Position numbers and translations under genes: made by a program
Notes under the pieces: model-generated
The model's input: only the letters and a program-made list of their open reading frames with translations
Told to the model about the DNA's origin: nothing
Database searches by the model: none
Shown here: positions 51,527 through 64,000 of the stretch, in pieces
How the letters are laid out: each line of letters opens with the position of its first letter
Position numbering within the stretch: the first letter of the stretch is position 1
NCBI GenBank assembly: GCA_963514005.1
Contig: OY740804.1
Span: 4,836,001 to 4,900,000 of the forward strand
Source of the DNA: Raja brachyura
Taxonomy: Eukaryota
Direction: 5' to 3'
Length of the DNA: 64,000 nucleotides

Positions 51527-52179
51527 CATTGCTTCTCTCCAGAGATGCCGCCTGACCCGCTGCGTTACTCCAGCATTTAGTGTCTATCAAAGACACACGG
51601 CACTCCCTCCACGCACTGCAATGGGAAATGTTGAACCTAAACCTTAGCACATTCAAAGAAAAAACCTGTGAAAGCCAGCCATTGGGAACAGGCGGGCGTC
51701 TCAAATGAGGAAGCACCAGAGTGACTGTCCAATTTAGCATTTGGAGAAGTTGTGGTAAACTCTCACTTCTGAGAAAAACCAGCTGCCTCACAACAGACTC
51801 TGCTGCTCGAGCTGTTCTCCACACCGTGCTTTTCCCAGCCTCTGAGTTCTCATTCAAGGCATTTGTCTTGTGGCTTGTGAGCGGACCTGGACTGATCTGA
51901 TCATGTATCTCCACCCCAGCTCCTGAATCTGCAGAGTTTCACACGTGTTAGAGTCATAGAGTGATACAGTGTAGAAACAGGCCCTTTGGCCCAACTTGCC
52001 CACACCGGACAACATGTCTCAGCAACACTAGTCCCACCTGTGCACGTTTGGTCCATGTCCCTTCAAACCTATCCTATCCATGTACATGTCTAACTGTCCC
52101 TGCCTCAATTACCTCCTCTGGCAGCTTGTTCCATACACCCACCACCCTTTGTGTGAAAAAGACACCTCATGATTATTCC

Positions 52180-55100
52180 AGGTGGACGTGGAGTTTGAAA
52201 CATCAGTGGCAGATCCACCACAGGCCGGGAAGTTTGGTTCAATGGGGCAAAGTGCTGGTGGGAGCGGGTCGCCAATAGCCAGCAGAGCAGTAGGCAGGTA
52301 GTGCAGCAGTCCCCTGCAGTCATCTCCTTACTAAACAGGTTGACCATTTTGGATACTGTTGAGGGAGATGGCTCATCGGGGGAATGCAGCAGCAGCCAGG
52401 TTCATGGCACCATGGGTGGCTCTGCGGCACATGAGGGGGGAAAAAAGAGGGGAAGAGCTATTGTAATAGCGGATTCAATTGTCAGGGGAATAGATAGGCG
52501 TTTCTGCGGCCGCAAACAAGACTCCAGGATGGTATGTTGCCTCCCGGGTGCAAAGGTCAGGGATGTCACTGAACGGCTGCAGAACATTCTGGGGGGGGGG
52601 GGGAGGGTGAACAGCCAGTTGTTGTGGTGCATATTGGCACCAACGATATAGGTAAAAAAAGGGATGAGGTCCTACAAGGTGAATTTAGGGAGCTAGGAGA
52701 TAAACTTAAAAGTAGGACCTCAAAGATAATAATCTCTGGATTACTACCAGTACCACGGGCCAGTCAGAGTAGAAATAGGAGGATATTGCAGATGAATACG
52801 TGGCTTGAAAAATGGTGCAAGGGGGAGGGATTAAAATTTTTAGGGCACTGGAACCATTTCTGGGGGAGGTGGGACCAGTACAAACTGGACGGTCTGCACC
52901 TGGGCTGGAATGGAACCAATGTCCTTGGGGGAGTGTTTGCTAGTGCTGTCGGGGAGGATTTAAACTAATGTGGCAGGCGGATGGGTACAAGAGCAGAGAG
53001 GCAGGTGGGTGTAAAACGAGGGTAGAAGTAATAGGGAGCAAGGTGAAAAGTAAAAGTGGCAGGCAGACAAAACCAGGACAAAAATCAAAAAGGGACACTT
53101 TTCAACATAATTGTATAATGGGTAAGAGCATTGTAAAAACAAGCCTGAAGGATTTGTGTCTCAATGCAAGGAGTATTCGTAATAAGGTGGATGGGTTGAA
53201 TGTGCAGATAGCTATTAATGATTATGATATAGTTGGGATCACGGAGACATGGCTCCAGGGTGACCAAGGCTGGGAGCTGAACATCCAGGGATATTCAATA
53301 TTCAGGAGGGATAGAGATAAAGGAAAAGGAGGTGGGGTAGCGTTGCTGGTTAGAGAGGAGATTAACGCAATGGAAAGGAAGGACATTAGCTTGGAGGATG
53401 TGGAATCGGTATGGGTAGAGCTGCGAAACACTAAGGGGCAGAAAACTCTGGTGGGTGTCGTGTACAGGCTACCTAACAATAGTAGTGAAGTTGGGGATGG
53501 TATCAAACAGGAAATTAGAAATGCGTGCGACAAAGGCAAAACAGTTATAATGGGTGACTTCAATCTACATATAGATTGGTTGAATCAAATTGGCAGGGGT
53601 GCTGAGGAAGAGGATTTTTTGGAATGTATGCGGGATAGTTATCTAAATCAACATGTAGAGGAACCAACGAGAGAGCAGGCTATTTTAGACTGGGTATTGA
53701 GTAATGAGGAAGGGTTAGTTAGCAGTCTTGTTGTGCGTGGCCCCTTGGGCAAGAGTGACCATAATATGGTCAAGTTCTTCATTAGGATGGAGAGTGACAT
53801 TGTTAATTCAGAAACAATGGTTCTGAACTTAAAGAAAGGTAATTTTGAGGGTATGAGACGTGAATTGGCCAAGATTGACTGGCAATCAATTCTAAAAGGG
53901 TTGACGGTGGATACGCAATGGAACATTTACAGACTGCATGGATGAACTACAAAAATTGGTCATCGCAGTTTGGCAAAAGAATAAATCAGGGAAGGTAGTG
54001 CATTCGTGGATAACAAGGGAAATCAGGGATAGTATCCCAGCAAAGGATGATGCGCACAAAGTTGCCTGAAAAAGAAGCTCTGGAAATAGTGGATGAGTGA
54101 TAATCTTTCAAAACTCTTTAGATTCTGGAGTAGTTCCTGAGGATTGGCGGGCAGCAAACGTAACCCCTCTTTTTAAGAAGGGAGGGAGAGAGAAAAAGGG
54201 GAATTACAGACCAGTTAGTCTAACATCGGTAGTGGGGAAACTGCTAGAGTCAGTTATTAAAGATGGGATAACAGCACATTTGGAAAGTGGTGAAATCATT
54301 GGACAAAGTCAGCATGGATTTAAGAAAGGTAAATCATGTCTAACGAATCTTGTGGAATTTTTCGAGGATGTAACTAGTAGCGTGGATAGGGGAGAACCAG
54401 TGGATGTGGTGTATCTGGACTTCAAGAAGGCTTTCGACAAGGTCCCACATAAGAGATTAGAATACAAACTTAAAGCATACGGCATTGGGGGTTCAGTATT
54501 GATGTGGATAGAGAACTGGCTGGCAAACAGGAAGCAAAGAGTAGGAGTAAACGGGTCCTTTTCACAATGGCAGGCAGTGACTAGTGGGGTACCGCAAGGC
54601 TCAGTGCTGGGACCCCAGCTATTTACAATATACATTAATGATCTGGATGAGGGAATTGAAGGCAATATCTCCAAGTTTGCGGATGACACTAAGCTGGGGG
54701 GCAGTGTTAGCTGTGAGGAGGATGCTAGGAGACTGCAAGGTGACTTGGATAGGCTGGGTGAGTGGGCAAATGTTTGGCAGATGCAGTATAATGTGGATAA
54801 ATGTGAGGTTATCCACTTTGGTGGCAAAAACAGGAAAGCAGACTATTATCTAAATGGTGGCCGATTAGGAAAAGGGGAGATACAGCGCGACCTGGGTGTC
54901 ATGGTACACCAGTCATTGAAAGTAGGCATGCAGGTACAGCAGGCAGTGAAGAAAGCGAATGGTATGTTAGCTTTCATAGCAAAAGGATTTGAGTATAGGA
55001 GCAGGGAGGTTCTACTTCAGTTGTATAGGGTCTTGGTGAGACCACACCTGGAGTATTGCATACAGTTCTGGTCTCCAAATCTGAGGAAGGTCATTATTGC

Positions 55101-55605
55101 CATAGAGGGAGTGCAGAGAAGGTTCACCAGACTGATTCCTGGGATGTCAGGACTGTCTTATGAAGAAAGACTGGATAGACTCGGTTTATACTCTCTAGAA
55201 TTAAGGAGATTGAGAGGGGATCTTATAGAAACTTACAAAATTCTTAAGGGGTTGGGCAGGCTAGATGCAGGAAGATTGTTCCCGATGTTGGGGAGGTCCA
55301 GGACAAGGGGTCACAGCTTAAGGATAAGGGGGAAATCCTTTATGACCGAGATGAGAAGGACTTTTTTCACACAGAGAGTGGTGGGTCTCTGGAACTCTCT
55401 GTCAAAGAGGGTAGTTGAGGCCAGTTCATTGGCTATATTTAAGAGGGAGTTAGATGTGGCCCTTGTGGCTAAAGGGATCAGAGGGTATGGAGAGAAGGCA
55501 TATACGGGATACTGAGTTGGATGATCAGCCATGATCATATTGAATGGCGGTGCAGGCTCGAAGGGCCGAATGGCCTACTCCTGCACCTATTTTCTATGTT
55601 TCTAT
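52180..55605 (+). mobile_element. CR1 LINE: ORF1 SGNH esterase, ORF2 APE and RT, disrupted
   Basis: ADSIVRG, HIGTND, DGLH; LNARS, GITETWL, MGDFN, SDHN; GVPQGSVLGP, FADD; frameshifts and a deletion near 54070. Confidence 0.95.
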
Positions 55606-57465
55606 ATATACCCACACACACACACACACACACAATTTCCCTTCTGGGATTAATAAAGTTCTGCAATATAGTATTGTGTGTGTAGGAAGGAACTGCAGAT
55701 GCTGGTTTAAACTGAAGATAGACACAAAAAGCTGGAGTAACTCAATAGGTCAGACAGAATCTCTGGACAAACGGAAAATATTACATTTTGTGTTGGGTCT
55801 GAAATAGGTTCCTGCACACCTTTGGAATGTGGAAGGAAGCAAGAGCACCCGGAGAAAACCATGTGATCAAACAGGAAAAGGAGCAAACTCCATGCCGACA
55901 GCACCCATATTCCGGATCAATTCCGGGTCTCTGGCACTTTTAGGCAGCAACTTAATGGCCAATGTACTGCCCCATAGTCTTGAACTTAATTAAACCATAC
56001 AGTAGCTGTAAAGGGGGACAGAGCGTCACTTGGAGATTTAAAACTGAAAATTGATATTTTCATTTTTTTAGTAACCAAAGTTATCAACGTATAATTTTTT
56101 GTGTGTTGGAAAACAAAAGATAGTGGCACAGCTGGTAGACTTGCTGCCTCACACGCCAGAGATCTGTGTTTGATCCTGTCCTCGGGCACTGTCTGTGTTG
56201 AATTTGCATATTCTCCCTGCAAGCATGTGGGTTTCCTCCCACATCCCAAAGATTATAACTTGTCTCTGTAAAATTGCCCTAAATGTGTAGCGAGTGGGTG
56301 AGGCAAGTGGGATAACAGAACTTGTGTGAATGGGTTGACAAAAATGCTGGAGAAGCCGTCTTAAACGACCACCTGAACTGTAATTTGGCAATGTAAAAGC
56401 TGCCAAGACTATAGAGAAAAAAAATTAAGTGAGAGCCCTGCAAGGTGTATAATATTTTTGACACTGTCATAGGCCTTTCTTACATATGCTGTCCCAATGC
56501 ACTGTAGTCTCTATCTAAAACTACAGGTGCTGTCTGAACGGAGTTTGTACGTTCTCCCTGTGACCATGTTGGTTTTCCCCGCGTGCTCCAATTTCCTCCC
56601 ACACTCCAAAGACGTCCAAAGTGGTTTGTAGGTTAATTGATTTTGCTAAAAATGTACATTGGCCTTAGTATGTGTAGTGGGATAGTGCTAGTGTACGGAG
56701 ATCACTAGCTAGTGTGGACAGAAGATCCTGTTTCCGCGCTGTATCTTGAAAGTGAAGTGTAAAGTCAGTTCTTCAAAGCAGTGGAGGGTGACCCACGGAT
56801 TCATCCTAGATCTCTGGAGTGGAAAGTAACCCTAGAATTTACCCACCTGGGTGGGGAGAGTACAGACATGACTGGTCCAACAATGGCAATGACTGCACTT
56901 CAGACTAAAATCATTGCGGAACGAGGGCTGAAAAGGGCCATGCATGGAGAGGGAGAGCAAATTGGTGGATGACCAAGAAGGCTTCCCCTCCCCCCCCCCT
57001 CCCCCACCACCACCCCTCTCTGCCAGCTTTCCCCTTCCTACTAAAGTTTGTCTGGATAAAGGTCCTGACCCAAAACGTCACCTGCCCATTCCCTCCACAG
57101 ATGCTGCCTGATCTGCTGAGTAACACTTTTTTTTAAAATACAAATACTTTTACTCAGAAACAAAACAAAACTACAAAAAAAAGTAACATGATTAAAACTG
57201 CCCTTGTGACATTTTACAAAACAACAGCCATCAATTTTAAAATAACGTCGTCTTCATCAGTATTACATTCAACCTCCCGCGGCGACCAGCGTTCACGCAA
57301 GGTCTCCAAAGTCGCTGAGTTACACCGGGACTTTGTGTTTGGCTCAAGGGTAAGTGAATGTCCAGACACAGGTTGGATCAATCGGCCCATCGTTGGTTTG
57401 GGCAAGACAGGGTGGGCCAGCAAACACTGTGATAAGTAGATTTGTCCTCTACATTTTCCTCTCAG

Positions 57466-59070
57466 ATTCAGGTGCACTGTCAGCTAAGCAATATGCTATA
57501 GGATTTATGGGAAGAGCGATCACAATCGATTGTCATTTTGGAGATGAGTAGTGCTCACACACAAAATACTGGTGTACTAGGAGGAGTCACCAGTGTACAG
57601 TTTTAGTTTAAGAAGGAACTACAGATGCTGGAAAATCGAAGGGACACAAAAATGCTGGAGAAACTCAGCGGGTGAGGCAGCATCCATGGAGCGAAGGAAA
57701 TAGGTGACGTTCCGGGTCGAGACCCTTCTTCACACTGATGTGGGGGTGGGGGGACGGGAACATGAAAGGTAGAGGAGGAGAGTGGACTGTGGGAGAGCTG
57801 GGAAGGGGAGGGGAAGGAGGGAGAAAGCAGGGACTACATGAAATTGGAGGTCAATGTTCATACCGCTGGGGTGTAAACCACCCAAGCCAAATATGAGGTG
57901 CTGCTTCTCCAATTTACGGTGGGCCTCACTCTGGCCATGAAGGAGGCCCAGGAAAGAAAGATCAGATTCATAATGAGAAGGGGAGTTGAAGTGCTGATCC
58001 ACCGGGAGATCAGGTTGGTTATTGCGAACCGAGCAGGGGTGTTGGGTGAAGCGATCGCCGAGCCTGCGCTTGGTCTCGCCGACGTAGAGCAGCTGACACA
58101 GAGAGCAGCGGATGCAGTGGATGAGGTTGGAGGAGATGCAGGTGAACCTCTGCCGCATCTGGAAAGACTGCTTAGGTCCTTGGATGGAGTCAAGGGGGGA
58201 GATAAAGCGACAAGTGTAGAATTTCCTGCGGTTGCAAGGGAAAGTACCAAAGGAGGGGGTGGTTTGGTTGGGAAGGGACGAATTGACCAGGGAATTACGG
58301 ATGGAACGGTCTCTGTGGAAAACCGAAAGGGGAGGAGATGGGAAGATGTGGCCGGTGGCGGGATCCCATTGGAGGTGGTGAAAATGTCGGAGGATTATCT
58401 GGTGTATGTGACGGCTGGTCGGGTGGAAGGTGAGGACAAGGGGGACTCTGCCCTTGTTATGAGTGAGGGGATGGGGAGTGAGGGCAGAGTTACATATAGA
58501 AGAGACCCTGGCGAGAGCCTCAACTATAGTAGAATAGGGGAACCCCCATTCCCAAAAGAATGATGACATCTCCGAAGGTTGGATGAGCCCACCTCCATTT
58601 GGGCAGTTTACACCTCAGCAATATGAACATTGACTTCTCCAATTTCAGGTAGACCCCGCTAGCTCCCTCTTTCCCCTCCCCAACTCTCCCACAGCCCACT
58701 GTCTCCGCCGCTTGCTTTCTTCTACCCAGCACGAAACAGGCCCTTCGGCCCACTGTGTCCATGCCAACCAGCGATCCCCGCACATTAACATCATCCTACA
58801 CCCACTATGGACAATTTTTACATTTACCAAGCCAATTAACCTACAAACTTGTACGTCTTTGGAATGTGGGAGGAAACCGAAGATCTGTGAGAAAACCCAC
58901 GCAGGTCACGGGGAGAACGTACAAACTCCGTACAGACAGCACCCGTAATCGGGATCAAACCCGGGTCTCTGGCGCTGCATTCGCTGTAATTCAGCAACTC
59001 TACCGCTGCGCCACCGTGACTGCCCAAAGAAATGGTCAACATGGCCAGAGTGGAAGAGTGTCAATGACAG
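57466..59070 (+). pseudogene. Dead V-domain exon, paralog of 62070-62390, split by Penelope and SINE insertions
   Basis: 57466-57608 reads SGALSAKQYAIGFMGRAITIDCHFGDE*CSHTKYWCTRRSHQCTVLV (TAG at 57549); resumes about 59026-59070 as RNGQHGQSGRVSMT, then truncated. Confidence 0.88.
57609..58726 (-). mobile_element. Penelope-like element fragment with GIY-YIG endonuclease and pLTR
   Basis: FTCISSNLIHCIRCSLCQLLYVGETKRRLGDRF...HFN...GMN. Confidence 0.9.
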
Positions 59071-59754
59071 CTCAAGGGTACCAGACACGGGTTTGACCAT
59101 TCGGCCCATCGTTAGTTAGGGGAAGAGTTGGTGGGCCAGCAAACGCTGTGTTAAGTACTTACTGGGAGAAACCAATATGCATCGTTAGGCTGTTTAGGTC
59201 TGAGATCAGGAAAAACGTTTTGACCCAGAGAGTTGTGAATCTGTGGAATTCTCTGTCACAGAAGGCAGTGGTTGTTTTGAAGAGCTCGAAAGGCTAACGG
59301 AATCAAGGGATATGGGGGGAAAAGCTGGAACGGGGATACTGATTTTAGATGATCTGCCATGATCATATTGAATGGCGGTGCTGGCTCGAAGGGCCAAATG
59401 GCCTACTCCTGCGCCTGTGTTTCTATGTATCCAGTTGGGAGTGCAGGGTGGTGGGGTGGGGGCACAGGGAAGATGGGGGGGGGGGGGGGGGGGAGGGGGG
59501 AGTGGGTGGAGCGAGCGCTGTTCTTTAGTTGCCTAAATGAGTCGTCCCTCCTTGGACCATCACCCGAAATGTCGCCGCACTCCCGCGCTAGTTGAAGTAA
59601 CATCAAAGCGCAAACGCACCCCTATAATTGGTCATAGATCTAGTTACTGCACTTCAGTTCTCACTGAAAGCAGAACGTAAATCTATCTATATCTATCTAT
59701 CTAACTATGTCAGAGGATTATCTATATATATATATATGTTTTGTTTAAAATATA

Positions 59755-61049
59755 TCTATCCATATACTTTAAAAACTTTGTGTGTGTGTGTGTACGGCAT
59801 TTTGCCTTTGAAACGTATCTCCTCGAAAACCAGACGCAAAAACGCGGGGATTTTTACAATTTCGGTGGGGAGTTCAGAAATCCACTCCTTGGTCAATTAT
59901 TTCCCCAGATTTAAAAACATAAAATCGCCGCTTGAGCTGTTGACGTCGTAATGCCCACTAATCAGGGCCCACCTGCCTCCTGGCCCCGCCCCCAGCCTAA
60001 GTACGCGGCACGCATCCCGCAGCTGGACTCCCCCGCCCGCTCCAACCCCCCCCCCCGCGCTCCAACCCCCCCCCCGCTCCAACCCCAACAACCCCCCCCG
60101 CTCCAACCCCAACCCCCCCCCCCCGCTCCAACCCCAACCCCCCCCCGCTCCAACCCCAACCCCAACCCCCCCCGCTCCAACCCCAACCCCCCCCCCCCCC
60201 CCGCTCCAACCCCAACCCCCCCAACCCCCAACACCCCAACCCCCCCCCCCCCCCCGGTACAGATGCGCAGAAAGAACGAGCGTTCTGCAGCTCGTGAGGT
60301 CACAACAGGTCACCGGCGGCCACCAGCTTGCTTCTGAATCCTTTCTGTATCCCCCGCCCGATGATAGAACATGGCGTCTGTTATTGTCGCGCGAGGCACG
60401 CGATGAGAAGGCGGCCCTGCCGGCCATTACTCCGTCTGGGAAACTCAGCGCAGCGAGTCAAGTCGCGCCCCTCCCTCCAGCTGCAAACCCAACGCGCTGC
60501 CAGTCGCGCCGCTCGCAAGTCCTTTGATAAAAACCTTGCGACCCCCCCCCTCTCTCTCCCACCCCTATCTCTCTCTCTCTCCCCACCTCTCTCTCTCCCC
60601 CCCACCTCTCTCTCTCTCCCCACCTCTCTCTCTCTCCCCACCTCTCTCTCTCTCCCCCCCACCTCTCTCTCCCCCCCACCTCTCTCTCCCCCCCACCCCC
60701 CTCTCCCCCCCACCCCCCTCTCCTCCCTGTTCCCCCCTCTCCTCCCTGTTTCCCCCCCTCTCCTCCCTGTTTCCCCCCCTCTCCTCCCTGTTTCCCCCCC
60801 CCTTCTCTCTCTGCCCTCACTCTCTACCCCCCTCCCTCTCTAGACACGCCTGCGAGTTGGGGGCTATGCGTCAGTGGATAGGGCGGTTATGGGGTAAAAG
60901 GAGCAAATTAATAATATTAATATATTAACAAGGGGAGGTAGGTAGTGTGTGTGTGGGGGTGGTTAATGTGCGTGACGCCGCATACCGCCCCCCCCCCCCC
61001 GCAACCGCAAGTAGGGGGAACAGACCCAACGGGCCTGCACTTGGTCTAG
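59755..61049 (+). mobile_element. Non-autonomous Helitron-like element
   Basis: 5' TC after A; 3' hairpin agaccc-aac-gggcct about 10 nt before terminal CTAG, followed by T; no TSD seen; 5' end approximate. Confidence 0.7.
60030..60255. repeat. C-rich minisatellite (CnGCTCCAACCCCAA)
   Basis: About 8 variable units; a CT-rich array follows at 60541-60840. Confidence 0.85.
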
Positions 61050-62069
61050 TTACGCTTAAAATTTTCAAATTGACAACAATTTAGCCGTTTATTTTTTTAG
61101 TTCTCTAATCCTTGTGGCTAGAGTGTTGGTCAACAGCGTTCTCGCAATAAGTAACCATTTACTTTTCATTTTGTTTTGCCTTCTGTTGTGTTTTTGTCTA
61201 ATTCAGCTAGGCCCAACCTTAATCCTGAAGCTGTTGTGATACTGATTGTGAGTGAGAGGGGATCACTATCCAGAATCCCATATGTTTTCCTGGACGTATT
61301 TTTCACTTGGTCATTAAAGCGACCCATTTAGTTGGTAGCTGAAGTGAGGTAATTTGCCGAATATTGTACTCTGCGGTCTCCTTCCATTCACAACTGCTAG
61401 ATCTGGGAAGCCACCAGCCGACACAAGGACCGGGAGATGCCGCTCCCAGCAGCGTGACGAGCGACAGAAACACCGACAATGCTAAGGGGACAGAAGAGAC
61501 AATGTCCATTTGTAAGATAGACACAAAATACTGGAGTAACTCAGCAGCATCTATGGAGCTCAGGAATAGGTGCCGTTTCGAGATCTAGGCCCTTTTACAG
61601 ACTGAGATTCGGGGAAAATGGAAGATGTATAGATGGTTGTGTAGAGAGATATAGAACAAATGAGTTAAAGATATGTAAAAAAATGTAACAATGATAAAGG
61701 AAACAGGCCATTGCTAGCTGTGCAGTAAGTGAGAACTAGTTACAGGCAATGAGATTCAACAAGAAGCTGGTTCAACTTGGGTGGGAGAGGGATGGACAGA
61801 GAGGAGATGCAAGGTTTACTTGAAGTTAGAGATATCAATATTCATACCATTGGGGTGTAATCTGCCGACGGGAAATATGAGATGTTGTTCCCTACCACTG
61901 GGTTGGAGATGGCAGAGACGCTTCCAATTGGAACGAGGGCAAGTCCATGCAGTGATGGATGATCTGGTCCAGTGTTGGTGGGGGGATGAATGTTGTCCAG
62001 CGCACCCCTGATCATTCCGAATGTTCACCCGATTCTTCCTGTTCATTTTCTCAAGATGTTTCCTCTCAG

Positions 62070-62390
62070 TTTCAGGTGCGGTGTGGGGGAAGAAATATGT
62101 AGGAGGAGTTGTGGGAAGAGCGGTCACAATCGATTGTCACTATGAAGCAGAGTACCGCTCACACACAAAATACTGGTGTCACGGGTGGACTAGCCAGTGT
62201 AGAGTTTTAATGGAAACAAATGGGCAACACGGACGGAGAGGAAGAGCATCAATCACAGATAACCCGGCACGAGGAATATTTACTGTGACTGTGGAGGATC
62301 TTCGCTCTGGAGATACAGGGTGGTACAGCTGTGGAATTGCTACACCTGACTTGGATCCATTGTTTAACGTTCATCTCCAAGTATCTGACG
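62070..62390 (+). CDS. Receptor gene 3: intact CD300/CMRF35/pIgR-like V-type Ig exon
   Basis: tcctctcag| acceptor; GRAVTIDCHY...HTKYWCHGWTSQC...FTVTVEDLRSGDTGWYSCG; donor G|GTACGT; phase 1-1. Confidence 0.93.
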
Positions 62391-63345
62391 GTACGTTTAT
62401 CAGCGATTGACGACGTCTCCACGACGCATGATCCATGTTTTTTCTCCTAGGAAGGGTCAGGGCAGCACCGATATCCCGAGGCTCCGCAGCAGTGTAGAGA
62501 CCTGCGGGAAGCGGGCGGGGGTCGGGAAACCCCACTCATGTTGCTCTCACCCAGTGCGGGCTCGGTCCCACTGAGCGGCCACCCACTTCAAGTGGGACGC
62601 TCGGCACATTTTCCTGCCTCTGAACTGTGTTAAATGTCACCCTGTCAGAGGTTTGCATTCCGACTCAAACTAATAATCCGTTGGGAACAGATCACTGAGA
62701 AACGAGTGTTACCCGCGGTCTGAATACCCGGAGAATGTTAAACAGGGAATCAGACCCGTGAGTTCAACACACTGCGTTCAATCCTCCCGGGGCAGACCAG
62801 CCCGCTCCCCGCTCCCACCTGAGGGGCCAGTCACTCCCTCCCCACCCAGTGGTCTCTCTCTGTGTCTCCCTCTGTCCCGCCAATGCGCCCCCACCCCCAG
62901 CAGCCACTCACCACTGCCCACCCACTGCCCGGCAGCCAGCCAGCATCTCCACCTGGCCCAATCTCGGAGGAAATTTGGGTAAAGCTTTCCTAATCAGACC
63001 TTTCAGGAAATTCCGGGCGACCTCCACCTTCCCCGAGTTTCTGGGCTTCTCAGACTGACAATATCTCTCGTTGTCTCCACCCCGATATCAGCACCAATGG
63101 GTTCCCTTCCTGTTGCAGGCCACTTCATCCCAGCACAACTATAGCCTCTCCCTATAGCCACCGAACATTGGACAGGTGTATGACAGGTGAACAAAACCAT
63201 AAGTGCTGGAAGAACATAGCGGGTCAGGTAGCATCTGTGGAGGGAATGGACAAAACCAACTCGAGTCGTGACCCTCTTTCAGACAGATGGAGTGAGGGAG
63301 GAGAAAGCTGGAATTGAGAGATGGGAACGATATCGAGCCTGGTGA

Positions 63346-63346
63346 G

Positions 63347-63380
<34 letters not shown>
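63346..63380. repeat. (GATA)n microsatellite
   Basis: Directly visible tetranucleotide run. Confidence 0.9.
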
Positions 63381-63381
<1 letters not shown>

Positions 63382-63961
63382 GATGAGGGGATTGATCAAC
63401 AGGCGGGTGGAGTGATATAAGTGAGGAGGAGACCAGATAAGGAGAGAAGAGGAACAGTGAAATGTGAAGCCGGATTGGGGGATCGAGGGGTGGAGGGGAA
63501 CGGGGCGGTATAAAAAGGAGACGGGGGACTCAGAGATGGGAGATGTGACGAGTTTATGGATGTACAAAAGCGGGGATGGTGGAAGGGTGGCTGGGATGGG
63601 GGGGAGCGGTTGGCGATAGTGAGGTATTATTTGAAATCCGTGAATACAATGTTCATACCGTTGCGTTGTCCGATTGTCGAGGGGAATACGAGCCGCTGTT
63701 TCTCTTTCAACATAGTTTTGGCAATGGATGAACCCAAGGACATAAAGGGTGGGATGGGAATGGGAAGGAGACTGAAATGATTAGCAACCAGGATGTCCAG
63801 GCTCGCTTGTGTAAAGGCCGAGGTCATATTGCCAGCACCGAAGGCAGGGGACGAGGTTCGCGTGTACCTCTTCAAAAGTCGAGGTACAAGGGTGCCAGAA
63901 TGGGAGAGTCTTTTATTTTCAGACGTTGACTTTGTATCCATTGTTTGCTCCTTTCCCACAG

Positions 63962-64000
63962 AACCCGTGACTGTTCCTGTGCTTGGATTTTTGTCACCAG
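63962..64000 (+). CDS. Receptor gene 3, next exon (EPVTVPVLGFLSP...), cut by window end
   Basis: ctttcccacag| acceptor, phase 1, in frame with the V exon; resembles the start of a second Ig domain. Confidence 0.7.

Noticed and set aside
59897-60928. Gly/Pro-rich ORFs
   Set aside because: Translations of C-rich and CT-rich minisatellites
61207-61247. Small AG/GT-bounded candidate exon before the V exon
   Set aside because: No ATG or leader character, and its phase-0 exit does not fit the phase-1 V exon

Overview
Eukaryotic, repeat-rich vertebrate DNA. The repeat mix (V-SINEs with CR1 tails, Deu-domain SINE remnants, CR1, L1, Rex/Babar, Penelope, DIRS) suggests a cartilaginous fish, probably a skate (inference). 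Most short ORFs in the track are repeat noise. The host content is part of a CD300/pIgR/CMRF35-like (skate MDIR-type) immune receptor cluster. (1) A complete, phase-consistent 7-exon inhibitory receptor on + (3011-14123; leader, two V-type Ig domains, stalk, TM, ITIM tail; about 345 aa). (2) Orphan stalk-like exons on - (about 25.1-46.7 kb), one duplicated in a ~5.9 kb tandem duplication. (3) A second + gene: leader at 50423-50519, a dead V exon split by insertions, an intact V exon at 62070-62390, and a further exon running off the window. Mobile DNA includes three DIRS pieces (one apparently nested in another), a full-length L1 with one in-frame stop and a snap-back hairpin at its 5' junction, two long CR1 copies, a non-autonomous Helitron, and many Penelope-derived fold-back repeats carrying minimal hammerhead ribozyme motifs. 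All calls were made by eye; no searches were run.
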